In this document: positions 1 to 13,600 of the stretch, piece by piece | Layout of the letters: each line of letters begins with the position of its first letter | Position numbering within the stretch: position 1 is the stretch's first letter | NCBI GenBank assembly: GCA_964016885.1 | Contig: OZ024742.1 | Coordinates: forward strand, 32,736,001-32,800,000 | From: Eledone cirrhosa | Taxonomy: Eukaryota | Length of the DNA: 64,000 bases | Direction of reading: 5' to 3' | Made by a program: the position numbers and the translations under genes | The notes under the pieces: generated by a model | Databases searched by the model: none | What the model was told of the DNA's origin: nothing | Seen by the model: the letters and a program-made list of their open reading frames with translations, nothing else

Positions 1-1725
1 AGTACAATACCAATGATGGAATTTGAACTGTTCATATTATTACTCCTGTCTGACGGTAGAGGGTCTGACTCCATGCTTTGACGCATAGAGTTACGGCCCT
101 TGCCATTCTGAGTTCAAATCCCACCAAGGTCAAATTTGCCTTTCCTCCTTACAGGGTCGATAAAATAAAGTACCAGTAATGTACTGGGTAATTGCTGGCC
201 TTGTGCCAAAAGTAGAAACAATTATTACTCCTGTCTTAGAATTAAATTCAACATATTTTATTGACTCTAAAATGATGAAAAGCTAGAATAACAGTGATTA
301 CTTGCTTCTTCCTAACAAAATGACAAACTCTCAGTAAATACCATGCCATGAGCTGCACAGTTTATTTTTATTTTTAGTAACAATAACTTGAGATGGATGG
401 TAGTGTTGTTAGTAACTCATGCTTCAAAACTATCACTTGATATGTTATATTGAAAACACAACTGTGCTCAAGTTTGGTCATTTTCATTAATCTTTCAAAA
501 CCTTTACAGAAGGATAACATTAGTGGTGTATTAGTCACATACTTAGCATATGATTGTAAACTATCATGGGAGTGGTAGGAGATCACGGATGCCTGATTTA
601 ATATTTCTCAACTGTTGAAGTATAGCAGTTATTATAATTGGATTCAAGTATGCTGTATCTGTGTGTTAATGTTTGGTTTATATTCTGATATTAGTGGAGT
701 CTTCAAAGTTGTTTACCTCATTTTCTGTTGAATTCTATACAGAATTCTAGTGTTATGGACTAATGTAGTTCTATCTATATCTTTTTTTTAACTGTATGGA
801 AATGTGTAGCGATGGCTCTTTGTAAGTGCATGGTTAACCAATGTGTAAGTGTAGTTGCTTTTGTGACTGATGTAACAATTTTAGTCAGGAATCTCACTAT
901 TTTCATGTTTGCTTTCAAATATATATATCACATTGGTCATTTGCAATATGTTCTACAGTTTACCAGTCTCTGGTTGCATATTAAGCTTTTAAACCAGCTA
1001 TATTCGGCCAGAATTCTCTCACCTCTTTCTCTTCAAACTAGCTGTAACCAGCTGCTCATTCTGATGTTCTCAAAATATATAATATCAAAATCATAGATTC
1101 GATATTATGTGAGATAATTATGTGAAGTAAAGCCTTTACTGTGAAAATACAATAGTATATATAGAGTAATGTAAATGCTAAAGGGTGAATGAGGAGTTTT
1201 TTTTATATTTTGGTATTTTTGTAGTATATTCTAACTATGGGGGTTAGGGTTGATGCAGGTTATGTTTTGTTTTATGAGAATTTTAAATCAGGTGTTCATG
1301 ATCTACCACTGTCATGATAGCTGACTACCATTGCTAAGCATATGGCCAGTACACCTCTATGACCATTCTGACTTTGTAAATGGAATCAAGGTTTTGAAAC
1401 ATTAGTACACACATGTTCCAAACTAATAAAAAAAAAATAAGGAAATATGAAAAATCTTTAATAAAAAAGACCACACAAGAGCAGAGTCATATTTTGAAAA
1501 TAACATGTTTGGAAGAAAAGCTGTTCCCTACTTATACAAGTGTGCTTTTGTGGAGGGAGAGGTCAACTAAGAGCAGAGTATTGCTTAAAAGTTACTGATA
1601 GCCACACAAAGAAGTATTTCATCGTGTGGCCGTGGGTAGCATGGAACTTTGGTTACAAAAAGATATAATCTCATACACACACACATATATATAGAAGTGG
1701 TTACACAACAGTTATTTCACCATAC

Positions 1726-1763
1726 CGAGAACAATTGTTTCACCTTAGTGGATCCTCAGCTCG
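1726..1763 (-). ncRNA. Minimal hammerhead ribozyme inside palindrome 1692-1819
   Basis: cgag CTGAGGA tcc actaa ggt GAAA CAATTG TT ctcg. Confidence 0.65.
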
Positions 1764-2513
1764 TAAGGTGAAACAATTGTTCTCGGTGTGGTGAACTAAC
1801 TGTTGTGCAACCACTTCTACCTAACTCGTCCCATGGACTGAGTGCTCTACCACTACGGATATTACCTTCCAGTGTTCTACCACTATATATATATATACAT
1901 GCACACACCCATTTTCATCATTTACAGTACACTTCTCCATGTTGGCATGAGTTGGACCATATATGGAGTGTCTGTGATGGGAAGACCTCCATGCAGAGCA
2001 GATATATTAATGAAGTAGAGGTCCGACTGCAAGCTCGGGTAGTTTCAAGAAGCTTGAAGAGGTTACAAGCTGAAACTGCCCAAACCTGCAGTTGGACTTC
2101 TACCTCGTTAATATATATATATATTTGAATGGTATTCAGTTAAAGAAGGGAAGGGAACCACAATAAAGTAAGGTGCTCAATACATCAAGTGGAGCGGGCA
2201 CTTATCTTATAGAAAGGTAACTTTTACAGAACTAATTCTATTTCATTTGGTGATGAAACCTTTTTCTGAGAATTTCTTCACCGAATGAAACAGAACTAAT
2301 CTTGTGAAAGTAAATCATCACTCAATTATATATACATATATATCATTTTTGAATGCTAACTGGATTTCAACAAACATGAAACTTATGTTTATGTGGTGGA
2401 CTTTTATAATTAAAAAATAGATATAAAAAAAAAAAAATTATAAAAAAAATCACGTCTGCAGTCTTAGAAATGCACCAGATTTATAAGTGTATATAAAATA
2501 GATATCTTTGCTA

Positions 2514-2556
<43 letters not shown>

Positions 2557-2725
2557 TATGATGCTTAGTTTGATTTATACTTTCTGATACATACATTGCA
2601 AAAAGAAATTATAGATTGTGTACAAATTACATTCTTTTGCTGGTTTCAGTCTATGGACTGCATCCGTGGAGGGCGTGGAGAGTGTGCTGCCTAAATACAT
2701 TAATGAATTAGCAGGAAACCGTTCT

Positions 2726-2731
2726 TTTATT
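2726..2731 (-). promoter_or_regulatory. Candidate poly(A) signal AATAAA in PHKA 3'UTR
   Basis: tttatt on the plus strand ~140 nt past the stop codon. AT-rich context makes this weak. Confidence 0.3.
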
Positions 2732-2867
2732 CCTTAAAATGGTTAAGGAAACAATAAAATAAAATAAAATGAAAATAAAATTTCATCTCACATCAAGAAA
2801 TATATATCGATAATAATAATAAATCAGTCTTTGTTCTGTAGTTATAATAAATATGTATCGTTTTAGT

Positions 2868-3044
2868 TTAACTGATAGCACACTCAAGTCCATTATCTGA
2901 ATCAACAGGAAGGTGCAGGATGACAGCTAGGGCCCGACACATATAAGAGAGTGTGCCATAGCGCCCACTGGGTGCACTGTCATAAAAATGTTGACAGATA
3001 CCCGCTGCTCCTACAAGATGCTTTTGTACATCTTCTGGCATTTT
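2868..3044 (-). CDS. PHKA: PHKA terminal coding exon: KMPEDV...[16 protein letters not shown]...LECAIS* (CaaX box)
   Basis: cag acceptor at 3045. [11 protein letters not shown] motif, TAA at 2868-70, C-terminal CAIS. Confidence 0.96.
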   Translation of the reverse strand, partial: KMPEDVQKHLVGAAGICQHFYDSAPSGRYGTLSYMCRALAVILHLPVDSDNGLECAIS

Positions 3045-3469
3045 CTGAAATGGAAGAGAAAAAACCCCAATATATATATATACTTATACATGATGATAAT
3101 GATACAAGTAGTGTGTTGTCTGAATAGGAGTAGGGGAAAACTTTTAATCAACTGAGACTATCTTTCCAATTAGTAGAGCTTCAAACAAAATGTTTCACAT
3201 TATCTGTTCTGGCTAAAGGTATTGAATTGGCAATATCATTAGAGCGTCAGAAACCATGCTTTGCAGCATAAAGTTATTACCCATTATGTTCTGAGTTCAA
3301 ATCCCGCCGAGCTTAACTTTGCTTTTCATCCTTATGGTGTTGATAAAATAAAGTACCAGTAATGCACTGGGGTAATTGCTGGCCTTGTGCCAAAAGTAGA
3401 AACAATTATTTGTTCTGGCTCTTTATCCTTCAAGTTCAAATCCCACTGAGGTTAACTTTATATAACAAA

Positions 3470-3910
3470 AAATAATAATGAAATTATTGTGTACAGTGCT
3501 CAGGTGCACTACAACTCATCAAAGGTGCATGTATAGTACATAGAATAATGTACAAATGTCACGAAAGTGAACAGTGTACGAGTCATGAAATACATGTGTG
3601 CGTGTGTATGGAGGGGGAGACATCAGGTGTAGTGTTGGAGAATTTAAAGGATGCAGTGTCTCGACAGCTAACAACTGATGCAGGCAGTTTGTTCCATGCT
3701 TCAGCAACTCTGAGTGTGAAAAAATGTTTCTGAAAGTCATGGGAGCTGTGCTGTTTTCTGACTTTGTTGGCATGCCCACGTGTGTTAGACACATGGAATT
3801 CAAAAAGCTGCTCAGGGTTGTTGTTGGCAAGATGGTTAATAATTTTGTGAGTGTTTACCAAGTCAGTTGCCAGATGTCGGAGCTTCAATGTATCCATGCC
3901 CAGGGAAGCA
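3470..3910 (-). mobile_element. 3' fragment of the same CR1/L2-type LINE
   Basis: NTRGH...FFTLRVAEAWNKLP in ORF 3583-3975. Confidence 0.85.
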
Positions 3911-4163
3911 AGGTGTCTTTCATCTTTCCAAGGTTGATAAAATAAAGTACCAGTAAAGTACTGAGGTTCCTTCAAATTGCTAGCTTTGTGCCAATATTAG
4001 AAATAATTATTAATGTGATGACTAAATTGTCACTTAATAAAAGGGTTTGACATATAATTTGTAATGGAAGATTTTAATTTAAAAATGAATACTTTAAATC
4101 CAAGAAATAAGAACAGTTTTGGGTGGGTTGGCATCAAAATATTTTTAAAGTTTAAATACTGAC

Positions 4164-4373
4164 CTGTTCTTTCAGATATATTTGGTTAGCCTCTTGTACA
4201 ATTTTGTCAATATAGATAACCTGGTTTAGTTTGATCCGACAGTTGGGGTCAACATCAAGCAGCGTGGTTAAAACCATCATACCCTCTACCATCAGTTGTC
4301 GGTACTCCGGCTGTGGAATCATATTTAGAACTCTCTCGACTTGCAGGGCGAATTTGAATTCTCCAGATGTCAT
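4164..4373 (-). CDS. PHKA: PHKA exon: MTSGEFKFALQVERVLNMIPQPEYRQLMVEGMMVL...KEQ
   Basis: 210 nt, cag/gtcagt. PQPEYRQL.VE motif. Confidence 0.96.
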
Positions 4374-4972
4374 CTGTGTAATTAAATAGATGAATATGAA
4401 CAGATGACTATAAAAATGAATGAGCAAAACATTCTTGAAATGTACAAGGCACTATGACTACATCACATTAAAAATTAAAGTCTTTAGGATAGTTTCCTGC
4501 AAGTCCTCAAAACGATCAGTCTAATAGTAAAGATACTATAAACATTTGAATTAGCAGACCTATTTTTAGATATTTTCTGTTGAATCATTACAGAATGTTA
4601 AGTGTTAAATTTATAGTTAGAAAGATAGACTGATCTAAGATTAGCTATATATTACATAGGAAGGAAGTGGGAATGGAAGGGAAAAGAACCAAACATAGAA
4701 AGAGTAAACTTAGTATTTAGGGTAGGGAGGGCTCTTTAGATGAGTCAATGATTGACAATCTCTCTAGTACCAGAACTGCAAAAATATGCACCCAGTATAC
4801 TCTGTAAGGGGGTAAACAATAGGAAGGGCATCTCATTGTAGAAACCATGTCAAAAACAATTGATTCAAGAACACAACAACCTCACCAGTGTTGTTATTGT
4901 TTTTATGGCTCTTGCAAAAAAGTCCTTTTTATGAGTACAAAAGAAAAAAAATGATAATATATTCTCTGCTTA

Positions 4973-5191
4973 TTAACCCTTTAGCATTTTCATTACTCTA
5001 TATTTACTATTGTATTTTCACAGAAAAGGCTTTACTTCACATAATTACCTCACATAATATCAAATCTACAAGATTTTGATATTATTTATTTTGAGAACAA
5101 TACCTTAAAGTTGGTATGAGTAGTCAGTTTGAACAGAAAGAGGTGAAAGAAGCCTGGCTGGATATGGCCGGTTTAAATGCTAAAGGGCTAA
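4973..5191. mobile_element. piggyBac-type MITE (~220 bp)
   Basis: TTAA|CCCTTTAGCATTT...AAATGCTAAAGGG termini. Copies at ~985-1190, 22402-22611, 26642-26870, 54329-54525, 63827-64000. Confidence 0.8.
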
Positions 5192-5647
5192 ACTAATATA
5201 TATATCGAGTAAGCATCTAAAATTGGTCTTGTACTAAGAAATACCACATATATTATCATCATCACCATTTAACGTCTATGTTTATGCTTGCATGGGTTAG
5301 AAGGGTTGTTACATTCTGAGGCTAGATGGGTCAGTTTACCACATCTAGCTCATACGTTCTATTTTTAGCAGGGTTTCTAAATATAGAAAGTACAATTCCA
5401 CTATGAGCAGTGTATGGCACAGTCAACTGACCAGACCCTTCTTATAACAAGACCACCCAGTTCCACACTGTAAATGTGGTTGGTGCTAGGAAGGGCATCC
5501 AGCTGGAAAAAGGTGGCCAAAATACAGTTCTATTTGAGCAAAGTACAGCATGGCCAACTGGCCAGACTTGCTTCATAACGTGGATGACCATCTAACCCAT
5601 GCAAGCATGGAAAATAAGACATTAAATGGTGATGATGATGATGATGA

Positions 5648-5680
<33 letters not shown>

Positions 5681-5767
5681 ATGCAAAAAGTAAGCAGAAA
5701 ACAACAAAGCATACAATACAGTACAATGAAGATATTAGTTTAATGCTTGATATAGTAAGAAAAGAGT

Positions 5768-5800
5768 CTTAATGTTTCAGATGTTAGTCCTTCATCAGAA
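5768..5800 (-). ncRNA. Degenerate hammerhead-like motif, same family as 55981
   Basis: Minus strand ttCTGATGAaggactaacatctGAAAcattaag. Flanks are homologous to 56011-56050. Confidence 0.5.
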
Positions 5801-6250
5801 TTTAGAATGAGAAATATAAGAAGAAATCGAAAGATAGAGGTGAGAGGGAAAAGGAAGAAATGGAAAAAAAAAATTTTTTTTCTTCTTTTTTTTTAATGAA
5901 AAAACGTGTGTTCAGTCAGCCATTTTGGGGAAAAGATTTGTCAGATGATCCTGTGAGTACATAGGGGAAACTTCAGAATAATAAGACTCCTTATTTAGAT
6001 ATAAAGAATATATATGTAGTGAAAAATGGTGTGGACATTAGAAAACGTTCTATACAGATCACATTATATAAGGAGAATGATAATAAAAAAGAGGCCTCGA
6101 AAAGTGCACCTCGTATATATATAAAAAAAGGATCTTTATAACATGTACAAAAAATTGATGTTTAGCATAGCTTGCTTTCTCCGTTTTTAGATTTTAAGTT
6201 TAATTGTCCTTTAATTCAGATTCTTACATGCTGTTTTACGATTGCATATA

Positions 6251-6588
6251 CATCATCATCATTATCCTTTTACGTCCGCTTTTCCCTGCTTGCAAGGGTG
6301 GGACGGGAACTGATTCTGGCTTGATTTCTACAGCTGGATGCCCTTCCTAACACCAACCTCATTTACAGTGAGTGCTGGGTGCTTTTTTGCCGTGGCTCCC
6401 CCACGACCACTTTGCAGTGGAATGATAGGGACCCCAGTCCTATCATCTCATTTCTAAAGCTGAGTAAACTGGAGCAATGTGAAATAAAGTGTCTTGCTCA
6501 ATGAAACAACACATACCCGGTCTGAGAATTGAACTCACAACCTTTCGATTGCAAGGCTAATTCTCTAACCACTAAACCATGTGCCTCC
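6251..6588 (-). mobile_element. SINE family 2 copy
   Basis: Reverse complement of 21188-21553. Confidence 0.85.
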
Positions 6589-6639
6589 ATACATATTATA
6601 ACAAGCAAAGGCTGAAATAAATGAATACAAAAAACTTAC

Positions 6640-6693
6640 TTCTCTAGTCAGGATTTTCTCTAGAGTGTTGTTAGCAATAGACAAGGTTTCAAC
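6640..6693 (-). CDS. PHKA: PHKA exon: VETLSIANNTLEKILTRE
   Basis: 54 nt, tag/gtaagt, phase 0. Aligns to 'GLSI....L....TRE'. Confidence 0.88.
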
Positions 6694-7509
6694 CTAGAAA
6701 CATAGATATGTGGAATTAATATTACAATACAGAAAACAAATTTGAGAAAAAAATGTTTATATGTAGATATATGTGTGTGTATATATGGAGTGTCTGTGGT
6801 GTGAAAACTGCAAAGACCACAAATCAGAGTAGTAATTGATGCATGATGAGACAAAGAGTGGTTATATTAATGAGGTATAGGGCCACCGTTAGTTAAGGCA
6901 GTTTCAGCTTGGAGAGGTTACAAACTAAAACTGCCCAAGCTTGTGGTTAAACCATTACCTCATTAATATGTATATATTAATGAGGTAATGGTTTAACCAC
7001 AAGCTTGGGCAGTTTTAGTTTGTAACCTCTCATTAATATGTATATGTATATATTAATGAGGTAATGTTACATACTCATACGGAGATGCTCAGTTCTTTCG
7101 GGACATTTGCATGAATTTAGTAAAGGATGCATAAGTCATGAAAGAAGAACTTCTACGTGTGTGTGTGTGTGTGTATGTGTGTGTGCGCACCAGTATACTT
7201 TGTACAATATTTGACAATCAAACAGAGAATAGAAAGGACTCTTAGTTCTGGTCAAGGACATGACACTGGCCCTAATGCTAATGCTTCAAAAACAAATGTA
7301 CTTAATATACTTTGTGCTGTGCTATAAAGTGGTTGGTGCTTTATAAAAATACCCAAACATAGAACCATGCCTGAAATGGAATGTATGGGGTCTTCTGACC
7401 CATCTAGGAAATAACTCTGAAGGTGGGTACTCCAGCATGTCCAGGGTCCATTAAAAGGATTAAAAGAATCATATAGGTGATAGAACAAATAAGTATCCTG
7501 TCAACTTAC

Positions 7510-7680
7510 TCTCTGTAAGATTTTCCAAAGCTTTTCATAGAAACCCACTGGCACCCTGTTAAGGGCTCCATCTAGCCTTCGTCGTCGTAACCACTGACCC
7601 TGGCGATCATCGTATTCCTCTTCATTTTGTTCATCATTGATATTATCCACAGCTGGAGTTATCTCAATTGCCGGTCCAGA
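7510..7680 (-). CDS. PHKA: PHKA exon: SGPAIEIT...[33 protein letters not shown]
   Basis: 171 nt, tag/gtaagt. Signature [17 protein letters not shown]. Confidence 0.96.
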
Positions 7681-7856
7681 CTAACAACAGAATAACGAAG
7701 AAACAGTAAAAATAATGGTATTGAGTATTTTGAAACATCTGTCACAAATTTGGGTAACAATTCTGCTTCACATATCTGAGGATGTTGATATAATAATAAT
7801 AATAATGATTTCTTTATTTAACAACAACAACAAAAATAATAAACAATGATAATTCG

Positions 7857-8082
7857 AAAATTTAAGAGTCCCAAACAGAAAATAAATGTAATAACAGTTG
7901 ATCACTATAAATAACAGTTGAGAAAATTGGGTAAATTACCCTTAGAGTCAGAAAAAAGGGGACAGAAGTGTGTTTGTTCACTTTTTCCTGTCTTTAAGGG
8001 TAATTTATCCAATTTCCTCAACTATTATTTATAGTGATCAATTGTTATGATTAGTTTCTACGTTTGGGATTCTTACATTTCC
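7857..8082. repeat. Imperfect fold-back palindrome, ~100-bp arms
   Basis: gatcactataaataacagttgag / ctcaactattatttatagtgatc. Confidence 0.8.
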
Positions 8083-9359
8083 AGTGCTTTGATAATTTAT
8101 AATAATAATAATAACAATTATTATTATTATTATTTCTAGGTTATACACAAACCCATACATTTTTGGAGGTGAGAGGGGTATATTCGGTTATATTAACCCA
8201 CCCACCCAGTCAAGTACTGGGGGGGGGGGGGGTTATAATTGTTTTATTGATCCCAGAGGGACAAGATTCAAAGTTACCCTAGATGGGATTTAAACTTAGA
8301 TTGTAAAGGAATGCAACAAAGTGCTACAACATATTTGATCTTATTGAACCTCCTTAGCAAAGCATGGCTAACTTAATGTCTGTCAAGATTTCAAAGTGAC
8401 TAATAGAAGTCTTTTCTGTGTGAAGAACATTCACTGACTAGGCAAATTAAAATCACATTGGAAAATATGCATTCATACACACTCACATTCACACACATAT
8501 ACATTTAGATAATAAAAAAACGTACTCAATATATATTGAATCAATCATATTTATGAAGCATGAAGCAAATTCTGAATTTTGAAGGTATGTTAGCTTAGTG
8601 TGACCTGCTTACATTAAAATTCAAAATAGGCTCAACTCTTTGTGAATACAACTGATTCTTTGTTTACATTTACTAGCTGAAAGATAAGACTTTAAAATGG
8701 CAAGTAAGTGGCTAATCTCATTTTGGTATAATGGTAGTCCAGCCCTCTAGCATATGGTAGATGTGAAGTTCTGAGGTAATACTGTCCACCTTTTCCATCT
8801 CTAGGGACCTATATGTCCAATGTGTTCCACTATTTTTCATAGTAAAAACAACCTGTGTTGAAGCATCTTACATTAAGCTAACATACTTTCAATACTCAAT
8901 ACATGTTATAGAGTATATTCAGCAATTGTACCAGTTTCATTGAAGATTATGCAAGAAACAAGAAAACTCAGGGTGGCTAAGAATGAAAAACTCAGATTTG
9001 AATGGAAATCTATATACAAGCATGGAACAGCGGACATAAAATTAAATTATATATATATATGTATGTATATATATAGTATATTAATTTGTGTGAGATAAAC
9101 ATGAATTACATATTTGGAGCATGCTTTCTTTTCCAACCTGCTTGTATCTGTTGCCAGCCATATATTATCATATATCATATTATATATACAGGTATGGGTG
9201 CAAGTGAATGAAAAGAGCAAATAATGAGGAAGCTGAAATATTTGTATTAACAGTGGTTTTGTAAATGTAAACATGAATAAGTCAAACTGGTATACATACA
9301 TATATATATATACACACATATATATATATATATATCATCATCATCATTTTACATCCGCA

Positions 9360-10105
9360 TCATGGTACGGTCACGTGATGCGCATGAAAGATGACAGCTG
9401 TATAAAAAAGTGCAGGGCGATAAAAATAGATGGTAGCCACGGAGTAGGCAGACTCAGAAAAACCTGGGATGACTTGATAAATTCCGACCTCACACACTTA
9501 CACCTCTCCATGACAATGTCACTGGACCGAGATCTTTGGTGCTACACAGTCATACAGAAGACCCGCTTTGCCTAAGTACAAAGCGAAACCTACAGTCAGT
9601 AGGCACCTCTAACAAAATACACCTCCGTCCCACTACCCCCACCCCATCCACACCACCCCCTTAAATGTGAAGTTATGTTGGTACCACAACATCCAGTCCG
9701 AAACAAATGAGGTCGTGTAGGTGTCACGACAAAAAAACACAGTCCACGCTGTAATGTGGCCATGTAGGTAACACGGTAAAAACCTCCCAGTCCACACTGT
9801 AAACCTGGTTGGTGTTGGGAAGGGCACCCAGCCATAGAAAACCTGCCAGACGTGTAGGTGTCACGACAAAAAAACACACAGTCCATGCTGTAATGTGGCC
9901 ATGTAGGTAACACGGTAAAAACCTCTCAGTCCACACTGTAAACGTGGTTGGTGTTAGGAAGGGCATCCAGCCGTAGAAAACCCGCCAGACAGTCCTATAC
10001 GAGCAGGACAACAAATCTTGCCTCAAGTGGGAAAAATCCCGTCCAAACCCATGCAAGCGTGGAAGATGGACGTTAAACGATGATGATGATGAAGATGATG
10101 ATGAT
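9360..10105 (+). mobile_element. Truncated RTE with tandem ~137-bp duplication in its 3'UTR
   Basis: WYGHVMRM...DRDLW. 9715-9851 is repeated at 9852-9990. Confidence 0.88.
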
Positions 10106-10694
10106 TATTTTCCCTGCTTGCAAGGGTGGGACGGGTCTTATTCAGCACAGCATCTCTCCACTTGTCACGGTCCTTCATCATCTCCACCGTGAGCTTCAGC
10201 AATCTGAGGTCTGTTCTCACCACCTCTGCCCATGTTTTTCGTGGTCTACCTCTACCACGTCTTCCTTCAACTGGGATTTCCTGGCACTTCTTCACCCATC
10301 GGTCATCCTCCATGCGCATCACATGTCCATACCACCTCAGTCACCTCTCTCGCACACTACATTCTATTCCTCTCTGACACAGTTTCTCTCTCAACACATT
10401 CATGGTGGGTCGTTCACGCACATTGACATTTCACATCCAATGGAGCATGCTTGCCTCATTTCTCTCCAGCCGTTGCATATCCTCTCCAGTTGCTGCCCAT
10501 GTCTCACTACCATGCAGCATCGCGCTCCTCACACAGGCATCATATAACCGGCCTTTCGTACGCAGGGAGAAACCCTTCTTCGTCAGCAGAGGAAGCAGCT
10601 CCCTAAATTTCTTCCAACCCGTTCTTATTCTAGATACTATGGCCTCAGAACCCCCCCCCCCCCCTCCCATGCTAATCTGATCTCCTAGGTACCG
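10106..10694 (-). mobile_element. Truncated RTE of a third subfamily, tail-to-tail with the preceding copy
   Basis: ORFs RYLGD..RTGWKKFRELLPLL and GRPRKTW..DRDKWR. Confidence 0.88.
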
Positions 10695-13600
10695 TATATA
10701 TATATACATACATACATATTAAACTTATGCCAAAAAACTCTATAAGTCAGACAGACTAAAATAAAGTTTCACTCATATATAATTGAGATGTCTAAGTATT
10801 AGAGACAAATAACCTTTTAATTTATATATATATATATATATATAAATATATGAATATATAGTCGAATATGCCAACCTCCAATTTTATGTCTGAGAAATGG
10901 CCCAAAACACAGTATAATCTGTAGCAGCTAATTAACACATCATATTTAGATGATGCTGTTTTGAAATTCTCATGTGTGGAGAATATATTTATGAGGTTTT
11001 AATATTTTCATATTTAAAATGTTTTAAATGTCATTTATAGTATTGTTTTTGTACTATTCACCTTCAAAGTGAAAATATTTTAGCACCTTATTTATGTAGA
11101 ATTTGAAGTTGGTGAAAATCGATAAAATATTGACCTTGAATATAAAAGCACCCTCCAATTTTACCATCCATTTTTTGTCACACATTTTTCAGCTTATATA
11201 CAAGTATATATAAGGCAATCACAGTAAATCAATAAGAATAATCAACATTCAATCAAAGAAACATAGACAAAATTCAGCTTAGAAATTTCTTGATAAAACA
11301 CTGTTTGAATTATATAAACTGCAGTTTTAATGAAACTGATACAAACAAAGGGGAAAAATCGTGCTTGGCTGAAAAAAAATCTCAGAAGCAACATCAATTT
11401 ATATGATTATTTCAAAGAAAAAATTTCAGCAAGGTTAGTAGTTTAACTGGGAAAAAAAAGCATAAGTTTATTTATCAGAAGATGTGGGCCTGAATCCTAC
11501 CCAAGACTAACTTTTCATTTTTTTCCAGTTAGGTGTCATGACAATAAGCACCCAGCGCACACTGTAAATGTGGTTGGTGTTAGGAAGGACATCCAATGGT
11601 AGAAAACAAGCAAAAATCAGTTCCGTGTATGTGAATCAAGGTCCTCTGATCTGATCTCTCACAAAGAGACTGCCCATCCTACCCATGCTAGTGTGGAAAA
11701 TGGACATTAAATGATGACGCTGATGATGATGATGATGATGATGATGATAACGATTTATGGTTAGAATTTTGGATTCACAATCATAAAGGTGTGAGTTTGA
11801 TTCCTAGCCTGAAAGACATGTGTTCTTTAGCAAGAGACTTCAATTCATGTCGTTTTTCATGATAGAACTGGGGCCCATACCACTAAAACACTAAAGAAAC
11901 CTCCTATGAGATACAACCTTATAGGTTAGCTAAACCGATATACATGTGAGCATAACCACATGATTCCAGGTTCCATCCTACTGTGCATCTTGGGCAAGTG
12001 TTTTTCAACCACCTGAGGTCGAGCAAAGCCTTCTCAGTGAAATTTGGTAGAAATTTGGTGGATATATGCATGAATGTGTGTGTGTGTGCGTGCGTGCGTG
12101 TAGGCTGAACAATTTCATTGAATAAAAAATACCTCCCATTATTTATTTCTGTCTGTATGTCAAAGTTGACTTGATTTATGTCTTTCAGGAAATTAATAGA
12201 ATAAGTACAGGAGTCATTGTAGGTGATTAAAACTTTTGAAAGTGATGCCCCAGCATGGCCACAGTAAACAAATAGATATACCTATCAAATATAAAATTCA
12301 AGCTCATCATCATCATTATCACTAGTTAATTATCATAATTGTTTCTTAAATAGGGATATCACCTTGTGATATTTAAAAGAGGAATTCAAGTTGTGATGTT
12401 CATGCCTTTCACAAGGATATTAATAGTAATGAAGTGGAATAGCTGCAATGGATGGTAGACTACTTAGTCACCGAATTTAACACCACTACTTGGCTCACTT
12501 GGGTGCCTTTAATGAAGTTAACACTAATGCAAGTATTTGGACCAGGTCACTGGCCTGAGGATAACTAATTGTCTGGATGTACTGCTTCCTATTGCAGTAG
12601 TCCACGATAATGGTTACTTCACTCTCTTTCATCACTAATCTTGGAGACTTTACAAAAGATCAGACACTACCCTTCACTCATCTGACAAAGCTATAAAAGA
12701 ATTAAGGTTAACTTGCCAAAAACTTATTTCTCCTCTACTAAATTATAACAATTTCTCATGTTAGGATAAGACCAGAAATTGGAGGTGAGCAGAGATTGTT
12801 ATAATTGATAAACATAAACCCTAGTACATGAAGGTCTCTACTTGGGCACTTGACCTGCAAATAAAGCAGCCAAATTGTATTTAAATTACCACCTTGAAAA
12901 TGGAAGGATACATAGGAAATTATAGCTTTAGATATGTAATAGCAAAAAAGAAAAGAGTGAGAGCGAGACAGGTTAGTCATGGCTGGAACGCTTTTGATCA
13001 ATGGTCTACTCAATTTGGAGCTAAACAACAATATGGCAAGAACAAGTTAGATAATGACATTATAGATACCCTCAAACGATTGGAGGGTCACAGCTGGAAC
13101 AACCTGCATTACAGATCTGCTTGATTACAATTGAACTGGAGCTAAACAACAAGACTTCATTATGATCCTCAGTTATAATTGAGAAAATTTTTTACAGTGT
13201 TTGTTTTATACTAGAACAGGTGTATTTCAGCATGTATATTTAGGTTTAACATTGAAGGGAAGATAATTCAATGTCATCATTGTTAAAGTACATTAGGTCA
13301 CAGGGCTGTATAACTGAAAGGGAATGGACCTCTGTCAGTTTTGATAATTAGTGTTCCAGTTGTTTGGTTTTGAAAATAGAAAGAAGCAATTTGAGTCCCA
13401 GGCTCAGTTGACTGTGGCTGACAGCACCTGAAATAGGTCCTTGTCCTTGTAATGCTAGGTTAGTTTTTGGCTTGTGTTGAGAAGATGGAGTGCAAGGTTA
13501 ACAACCTAACCTCTATTAATCAAAGTTGCTACAGAAATGATGAGAGTCATCCAATGCTTCATAGGGAGCAAAAGAAACTAAAGAAGCAGAATTTGTTCAG

